The position numbers were made by a program, and so were the translations under genes. Of a stretch of DNA of 64,000 nt, positions 57,914 through 64,000 are shown piece by piece. The notes beneath the pieces are model-generated. The model worked only from the letters and a program-made list of their open reading frames with translations, made no database searches and had not been told where the DNA came from. Source of the stretch: a virus. The DNA is taken from positions 120,182 through 184,181 of the IMG/VR virus record IMGVR_UViG_3300021963_000027. The stretch is one strand, 5' to 3'. Numbering within the stretch: the stretch's first letter is position 1; each line of letters begins with the position of its first letter.

Positions 57914-58824
57914 GCGATTTATGGGTTGAACGATATAGACCACAGACTTTGGATGATCTGATGGTTGATGGTAAAACAAGACAAATAATCCAAAATTTTG
58001 GTAGAGATATCCCGAATTTGTTACTGACTGGTGTTGCTGGAAGCGGTAAGACCAGTCTTGCCAAAATCATCGCTAAAGATATTTTGGATTGTGATTATTT
58101 GTATATCAACGCATCTGATGAAAACGGTGTGGATACAATTCGAGAGAAAGTCATCGGTTTTGCTCAGACAATGAGTTTCGATGGTGGATTGAAAATTGTA
58201 ATTCTGGATGAAGCAGATGGTATCTCCAAACAGGCGCAGGGGATTCTACGTAACGTCATGGAGTCCTATTCATCCACCACACGATTCATCCTCACAGGTA
58301 ATTACAAACATCGTATCATCCCTGCTCTACAGTCTCGTTGTCAGAGTCTCACACTCTACACATCCCTGAAAGATGTCACTCGTCGTTGTGTGGATATTCT
58401 TAGGAAAGAGAATGTGGAGATTCCTGATGATCAGAAGAAGAATCTGGTGAACCTAATTAAGAGTCATTTTCCCGATATCAGGAAATGCATCAATGAGTTG
58501 GAGAAGTTCTCCAAGTCTGGTATCCTCACTATTGAATCAAAGAAGGATACTAATGAGACATTAGAATTAATTTATAATAATCTCAAGTCAGGTAAGACAC
58601 TGGAAACCAGAAAGTTTCTCATTGAGAACGAAGAGCTTTTTGATTCTGATCACGAAGCTCTTTTGAAAGATTTGCTGAATCATTTCTATGATCTACGAAT
58701 TGATGACACTATAAAAAAACAAGCTATCCTAATGATTGCGGATAGCTTGTTTAAAATGATTTCTGTTACTGACAGAGAGATATGTTGTATCGCTTGTCTA
58801 TTACAGTTGGAAGAATTATTTTAA
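57910..58824 (+). CDS. gp44: Clamp loader large subunit
   Basis: LWVERYRPQTLDD, GVAGSGKT, NASDENG, ILDEAD, LQSRC. Confidence 0.95.
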   Translation: MSDLWVERYRPQTLDDLMVDGKTRQIIQNFGRDIPNLLLTGVAGSGKTSLAKIIAKDILDCDYLYINASDENGVDTIREKVIGFAQTMSFDGGLKIVILDEADGISKQAQGILRNVMESYSSTTRFILTGNYKHRIIPALQSRCQSLTLYTSLKDVTRRCVDILRKENVEIPDDQKKNLVNLIKSHFPDIRKCINELEKFSKSGILTIESKKDTNETLELIYNNLKSGKTLETRKFLIENEELFDSDHEALLKDLLNHFYDLRIDDTIKKQAILMIADSLFKMISVTDREICCIACLLQLEELF

Positions 58825-59354
58825 TAATAATCTTCTTCTTCAGCCTCTTGTCCTACTGGAGCTTGACCCAATTGTCCTTTGAAAATATCTAAAGCTTTCG
58901 TAAGGCTTGTTGTCATAGATTTTGAAAATCTTGCCATGTCTTTGGTATTAAGTTGAATGCCTAATTTGGTCAAGTCATTTTGAATATCAGCAACCATTTT
59001 TTGGATATTTTTTGATGCACTATTTTTATAAGAATCAATTTTAGCAATTTGCCCCTGAACTGCACCAGCGGCAACATTAGCTTGTCCAGTTTGTTGCATT
59101 CCTTGTCCAGCCTGAGTCAATTTGTTTTGCGAGGGATCGATTTGACCACCTACTGCTTCAACTCCTTTAGCTGCTAAATTACCAGCTTTTTGCACGACAC
59201 CGCCAGCAGCTTGTTGTGCTTTACCTTTTAATTGTTGCGCTCCACCTTTAACTGCTCCAAGTGCATTAGCACCATAAGCCTTAAAACGGTCTAAAAATCC
59301 TTCTTCTAAGAGTTCTTCTAAATTACGTTGATCTTCATTATTATATCTAGCCAT
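58821..59354 (-). CDS. Gly/Ala/Gln-rich hypothetical protein, paralogue of 23979-24332
   Basis: MARYNNEDQRNLEELLEEGFLDR; TAAATA upstream. Confidence 0.75.
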   Translation of the reverse strand: MARYNNEDQRNLEELLEEGFLDRFKAYGANALGAVKGGAQQLKGKAQQAAGGVVQKAGNLAAKGVEAVGGQIDPSQNKLTQAGQGMQQTGQANVAAGAVQGQIAKIDSYKNSASKNIQKMVADIQNDLTKLGIQLNTKDMARFSKSMTTSLTKALDIFKGQLGQAPVGQEAEEEDYY

Positions 59355-59358
59355 ATTA

Positions 59359-59619
59359 TTATTTATCTTTTTTATTATTATTTTCCCAATTAACTCTTTC
59401 AGAGCTTTTCTTTTTATACATCTTGCCTTTTATTTTTTTACAAGCTGCTTTCGTAGCTCTACATGCAGGGTAAGAACCTTTTGATGTATCTTTTCTACCA
59501 CAATGTCCGCCTGTTTTACAGTTGATCCAACCTTTAAATTTCTTACCTTTCTTATCTACATGAGGAGCGAACCAATCACGTAAATTTTCTAGTAACTGTC
59601 TTTGGGACATTTGTTCCAT
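59359..59619 (-). CDS. Small basic Cys-containing protein
   Basis: DWF...KGWINCKTGGHCGRK..YPACR. Confidence 0.7.
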   Translation of the reverse strand: MEQMSQRQLLENLRDWFAPHVDKKGKKFKGWINCKTGGHCGRKDTSKGSYPACRATKAACKKIKGKMYKKKSSERVNWENNNKKDK

Positions 59620-59975
59620 TATTTCTTACTATTCCCCCAATTTTTTGCTCCTACTTTTCTGCATTTAACTAATGCGCCAGAAGCATATGCACTAGGCCAC
59701 ACATCATATCGGGATTTTACTTTTTTATAGCAAGCATCCTGCTCATCTTGTTCCTCGCCGCAATCCTCATTATCTTCGTCTTCCTCACCCTCATCCTCAT
59801 CTTCGTTATCACCAAAGACTTTTTTACCTATATTTTCTTCCCAATCTTCCAATTCACCATTTTTATTTCTATCGGCTTTTTTGAAATCGAATTTTTCTCT
59901 CAATGTCTCCTCATAGATCATTGTCAATTCATTCACGGATTCCCAATCTCTTGATGTGTTTTGTTGATTGTTCAT
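59619..59975 (-). CDS. Small protein with acidic linker and basic PSAY module
   Basis: DACYKKVKSRYDVWPSAYASGALVKCRK. Confidence 0.7.
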   Translation of the reverse strand: MNNQQNTSRDWESVNELTMIYEETLREKFDFKKADRNKNGELEDWEENIGKKVFGDNEDEDEGEEDEDNEDCGEEQDEQDACYKKVKSRYDVWPSAYASGALVKCRKVGAKNWGNSKK

Positions 59976-59996
59976 ATTTTTTTTTTTAAATTTTAC

Positions 59997-60728
59997 TTAT
60001 AGGAGTCCTTCTTCTGATAACATGTCATAAACATTAGCAGTTAAAAAATCTATGTCCGATTCATTTTTGCCAACCATTGGTAAATATCGCTTAACATAAG
60101 CTTTAATAACAGGAATTGTGAGATTTGGAGTACCCTTAATTTTATCAAAAATTAATTCCGCAGCCTTTTCATCATTCATTAGACGGGAAGGTGTCATATT
60201 TTCATAAATCATACCCAATTCCTTGGTATCTTCCCAAGATTTGGATTCCCCAGCCAATTTAAGATTTGTTGGAGTATTCTTACCATTTCCTTTATCAGTT
60301 ACATTGGTAATGAGATTTGGATCGACTTTTAATTCCATAGGTTTAATAATGACTACATCTTTTTTCTTGAATTTATCAGGAACTAGAACGCCATCACTTT
60401 CATCTACCATATCAGTAGTTACAGTAACTCTACCATAAGTTCTACCACCACCGTGATCAGCAGCGATAGTCAACACAGCACAACCTGCTGGTTTGAATTG
60501 ATTACCAGCAGAAAATCCCGATTGTTTATCACCTACTTGAACAACTTTAATATTCAATCCACAAGTAGCCAATTCATCGACTTCTTTTTTAAGAGTGGAT
60601 GGCATATGCTTGTAGGTTTCCGTGTTCTTATAACCAGTGCGAAATTTCACACAGTCGCCTGGAAGATAACCTCCAGCTTCTGATCTCTGTAAAACGCTTT
60701 CCAACACAGCATCAAATTTTTTTCCCAT
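59997..60728 (-). CDS. Hypothetical protein
   Basis: 243 aa with TAAATA upstream; KFDAVLE N-terminus and internal MIYE motif. Confidence 0.75.
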   Translation of the reverse strand: MGKKFDAVLESVLQRSEAGGYLPGDCVKFRTGYKNTETYKHMPSTLKKEVDELATCGLNIKVVQVGDKQSGFSAGNQFKPAGCAVLTIAADHGGGRTYGRVTVTTDMVDESDGVLVPDKFKKKDVVIIKPMELKVDPNLITNVTDKGNGKNTPTNLKLAGESKSWEDTKELGMIYENMTPSRLMNDEKAAELIFDKIKGTPNLTIPVIKAYVKRYLPMVGKNESDIDFLTANVYDMLSEEGLL

Positions 60729-60736
60729 AATAGTAT

Positions 60737-61048
60737 TTAGTATTTTTGGTATTTATTAATTATATCTCTGATATCATTCGCCTTTTTTATGATCGAATTA
60801 TAATTTTGAGATTGCTTGTAATTCAGCACATCAGAATCGAATTTTTCTATATCTTTCATCACTTTTGATAGGAAAGAATTTATCAAACTTTTATTTTTAG
60901 CTTCTTGCGCTCCCTTTGCATATCCCGAACCTCCCAACATTTTCATGTTTGTTAGTCCACCTTTAATAGATGATACCCCTGCTTTCATACGATCCCAAAG
61001 ACCTTCTTCGTATAAATTTCCTATATTATGTATATCGTTATTATTCAT
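60737..61048 (-). CDS. Hypothetical protein
   Basis: NDIHNIGNLYEE|GLWDRMKA N-terminus. Confidence 0.75.
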   Translation of the reverse strand: MNNNDIHNIGNLYEEGLWDRMKAGVSSIKGGLTNMKMLGGSGYAKGAQEAKNKSLINSFLSKVMKDIEKFDSDVLNYKQSQNYNSIIKKANDIRDIINKYQKY

Positions 61049-62016
61049 TTGTTTTTTATGAAATTGTTTATGTAAGAAGATAATTTATTTGTTGATCCGA
61101 GAGTGTCAGTTGAAATAATATTTTGTCTTAATTGGTTGTAATCTATAGAGTTAGTCAATTCACCGTTGCTATAGACATTAATAAAATTCCCATCATATTT
61201 CACGTTGTCGAAAGGTATGTTATTATCTCTCAAATAAGACTCAACCCCTTTCGTGATGTTATCTGGAGTCACTTGCTGTGCGACACTTGCACCACCATCG
61301 CCAGATACACCTGATTCATTACCACCCATCACACTCTGTAATTTAGAAAAAGCGTAACCAACCATAGCACCTAATCCAGCACCAATAAGTGCTTGTTTTA
61401 ATTTTGTCTTTGTATCCATTTTAGTGCTTTGCGAATTCTTCAAAACACTTAGACCACCACCTAAAATACCACCAATTGCATAAGCTGGTAATCCTAAACC
61501 ACCTAAAGCTGCACCAAGAACACCAACAGAACCTATTTTAGCTACTGTCCCCACACCTCTACCAACACCATACCCAATTTTTTGAAAAAATCCACCTTTA
61601 GCTTGAAGAGCAGGTTCAATTTTTTGAAGTTCAGCGAACATTTGATTATATCCTGCAACATCTTCAATTTTTGTATTTTTCACATCTTGTGTAAATTCCC
61701 AGATGTGCTTATTCAAGGATTGTATCAAAAGATCGTATCTTTTCTTCACTGGATCTCCACCGAATAATCCCGATGCTTTACTTCTTAAATTTTCAAAAGC
61801 CTCTGTTTGCATCGTATTTTGAGATGCCATTTGTTGTAATTCTTGAGGAGTCATATTCAGCATTTTAATAGCCTCTTTATCTCCTTTTTCTAATCTCACA
61901 ACAAGATCGACAAAAAAGTCCGCAACTTTTCTTTGTGAATCGGTTTGGATATTCCTTTCGTTGGACATTTCTTGTAAAATCGCCCCAATGTTTTCTTTGT
62001 CCATCATAACTCTCAT
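61045..62016 (-). CDS. Hypothetical protein with Gly-rich hydrophobic hairpin
   Basis: GVGRGVGTVA...GGILGGGLS segment; start uncertain (62016, 62007 or 62004). Confidence 0.7.
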   Translation of the reverse strand: MRVMMDKENIGAILQEMSNERNIQTDSQRKVADFFVDLVVRLEKGDKEAIKMLNMTPQELQQMASQNTMQTEAFENLRSKASGLFGGDPVKKRYDLLIQSLNKHIWEFTQDVKNTKIEDVAGYNQMFAELQKIEPALQAKGGFFQKIGYGVGRGVGTVAKIGSVGVLGAALGGLGLPAYAIGGILGGGLSVLKNSQSTKMDTKTKLKQALIGAGLGAMVGYAFSKLQSVMGGNESGVSGDGGASVAQQVTPDNITKGVESYLRDNNIPFDNVKYDGNFINVYSNGELTNSIDYNQLRQNIISTDTLGSTNKLSSYINNFIKNK

Positions 62017-62046
62017 ATTATTTAACACAATTTGATAAATAATAAT

Positions 62047-63903
62047 ATGAATTTCGATGATTTATATACATTGGCACTGGAAGCAAAAGGAACTAAACCA
62101 GGAGAAAGATATTTCAACACTCAAAGACAAATCGGTCCTAGAGGAGTGACTGGCACAGAATCTGGTATTACAGACGATGGACAAGTGTTTTCACCTGAAA
62201 CATCCAGAGGTTATGCATCAGGTCCAGTTGGTGTAGTAGATAACTTCGAAAAAAGACAAAAAATCGATCAGATGAAAAAGTATGGAGTTGATCCTACTAA
62301 AATGGCTAGTCAAAAAGATGTATTCCAACTGGAAGCTGAAAACAATATGAGAATGAGAAATTCTTTTGCGTTGCTTTTCAATTCTAAATCTTTTTATTCC
62401 GAATTTAAGGATATTTATAGTAAATACATGGGACGACCAAAAAAGAAAGAGGGAGAAGTTAGGGACGATGAAGGAGGTAACAAGCTTAGAAATTCTATTT
62501 CATACGAAGAGGAGAGAGAATTTAACCGACTTGTTGTTGAAGTTGATCGTAGAGCATCAAAAATCACGGAAATTAGAAATGAAATAGAAGAACTGACTAA
62601 ATTAAAAGCGGAAGCTCAAAACAATGCGGGTAAAATTTCCGAAATCAATGATGGAATAAAAAAACTAAGAAATAAAAAATATAAAATCAAAGATACTGAG
62701 GATAGAAAGAATATCGATGATCAAATAAAACAAGCACAAATTCAAATCAGTATTTTACAAAGTTCAGCAAAACAAAGTAGTATCGATAGGTATCAAAAAG
62801 AAATAAATCGCTTAGGGAAGAAATTGATATCGGACGAAGGACAATACTTAGAAGCTACACAAAAGTTAGAAGAGTTGCAGGATAAGATAAGCACTGTGAC
62901 AGAAAAAAACATTCAAAATAATGATAACGTTATTTTATTGGTGAAAGATTTGATCGAGCGCACTGCTAAAAAACTTTACCTCGACACTAAAATATCTAAT
63001 AAAATTTCTGATGAAGAAATAGATTCAAAAAATGTTGATTTTGTGAAAGTTCCAAAGGATGTAGCATCGAAATTAAAATTGTTGAAACAATTAACAACTG
63101 ATGACAATCCAATTTTCTCATTTATCGATGAACATGAAAGACAATTTCAAGAAAGGTTACAAACTTTCAATCCCAAATTTTTGAATGCTAACATAGACAT
63201 AGGAGTTATGAATGTGTTTGAGAAATTGCCAGCTAAAATTCTCAATAAATACTTTTCAAGCATCGCTTCAAATGCAATAGATAGAAAAACAATACCTTTG
63301 GAAAATCTGGATAGCAGTCCTGCTTATGAAACTTTGAAAGAATTTATTAGTAAATTGGAAAGTATTAGAAATAAACAAGATTGGGAAGATGCTAAAGAAG
63401 TATTGAAACCAATGGTTAAAAAATTACCATTTGATAAGTTTAATAAAAAAACTATAAATGCCAAATTAAAAGAATTTTATTCTGTAAATAGAATGGGATT
63501 CACTAATGTAAAACAATTGTTGTCAACAATCCAAAGTATGAAAAAAGAAGTAATCCGTGAATCGTTTGATGAATTGGCAGCAAAATACGCATCTTCTTTC
63601 AATTTGGATATTAATGACTTCATGATCGATCTTCAAGAAGTTCATTCATTGCTTGAAAGTAGTGAAAAACGATTCAAAAAAGTCGTGAAAAATAAAAAAA
63701 CTGGTAGAACTAAAACAGTTCGCTACGGTCAAGCGGGTAAAGCTAAAGATGGCGGCGATAGAATTAGACCAGGAACATCCAAAGGCGATGCCTATTGTGC
63801 TAGAAGCAATAAAATCAAAGGCGATTGGAGAAGTGATCCAAATAGTCCCAATAGGTTGTCACGTAAAAAATGGAAATGTAAAGGTGACAAATCGGCTAAA
63901 TAA
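62047..63903 (+). CDS. Large coiled-coil protein with basic C-terminal module
   Basis: ATG 62047 after TAAATA; MNFDDLYTLALE|A; C-terminal TVRYGQ...YCARS..SRKKWKC. Confidence 0.75.
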   Translation: MNFDDLYTLALEAKGTKPGERYFNTQRQIGPRGVTGTESGITDDGQVFSPETSRGYASGPVGVVDNFEKRQKIDQMKKYGVDPTKMASQKDVFQLEAENNMRMRNSFALLFNSKSFYSEFKDIYSKYMGRPKKKEGEVRDDEGGNKLRNSISYEEEREFNRLVVEVDRRASKITEIRNEIEELTKLKAEAQNNAGKISEINDGIKKLRNKKYKIKDTEDRKNIDDQIKQAQIQISILQSSAKQSSIDRYQKEINRLGKKLISDEGQYLEATQKLEELQDKISTVTEKNIQNNDNVILLVKDLIERTAKKLYLDTKISNKISDEEIDSKNVDFVKVPKDVASKLKLLKQLTTDDNPIFSFIDEHERQFQERLQTFNPKFLNANIDIGVMNVFEKLPAKILNKYFSSIASNAIDRKTIPLENLDSSPAYETLKEFISKLESIRNKQDWEDAKEVLKPMVKKLPFDKFNKKTINAKLKEFYSVNRMGFTNVKQLLSTIQSMKKEVIRESFDELAAKYASSFNLDINDFMIDLQEVHSLLESSEKRFKKVVKNKKTGRTKTVRYGQAGKAKDGGDRIRPGTSKGDAYCARSNKIKGDWRSDPNSPNRLSRKKWKCKGDKSAK

Positions 63904-63907
63904 TTAG

Positions 63908-64000
63908 GTGAGTGTTAATATCGTTCCCTTATTAGAAGAAGTACTTGGTCTGTTACAAACGATCAATGAGACAAGGGGTGTGCCTGAAGGGGAGAATATA
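63908..64000 (+). CDS. 5' part of a gene running out of the window (MSVNIVPLLEEVLGLLQTINE...)
   Basis: GTG 5 nt after TAAATA (63897-63902); frame open to the window end. Confidence 0.55.
   Translation, partial: MSVNIVPLLEEVLGLLQTINETRGVPEGENI

Noticed and set aside
1-64000. tRNA, rRNA, integrase or transposase genes
   Set aside because: No cloverleaf-like or rRNA-like sequence was seen in the short intergenic gaps, and no matching protein motifs were found; tRNAscan was not run.

Overview
A 64-kb, AT-rich, densely coding segment of a large T4-like myovirus genome in the standard genetic code. It holds a replication/recombination block (split PolB, UvsX, gp41 helicase, gp32 SSB, gp45 clamp, gp61 primase, gp44 clamp loader) and a tail/baseplate block (fibres, gp6, gp25, gp14, gp17 terminase, gp3, gp18 sheath, gp19 tube, hub-like genes). 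It also holds one HNH and two GIY-YIG endonuclease genes, a Mom-family DNA modifier, dispersed glycosylation genes (3 GTs, RmlA, RmlD-like, sulfotransferase) and many putative internal head proteins. The strongest oddities are five. (1) PolB is broken just after the ExoI D-x-E residues; the break carries an HNH gene, and the two halves have added peptides resembling the start of an atypically split intein, with no splicing core. (2) Diverged duplicates of neighbouring-gene ends flank inserted genes, including an unannotated gp46-like 3' remnant at 452-577. (3) About 16 late-type genes share N-terminal prohead-protease-like signals, among them an ART-fold and a zincin-like enzyme. (4) Most late genes appear leaderless, with a TAAATA motif just before the start codon. 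(5) There are catalytically degenerate DHH and terminase-ATPase paralogues. No tRNA, rRNA or CRISPR array was seen. All family assignments come from motif recognition by eye; no database search was run.
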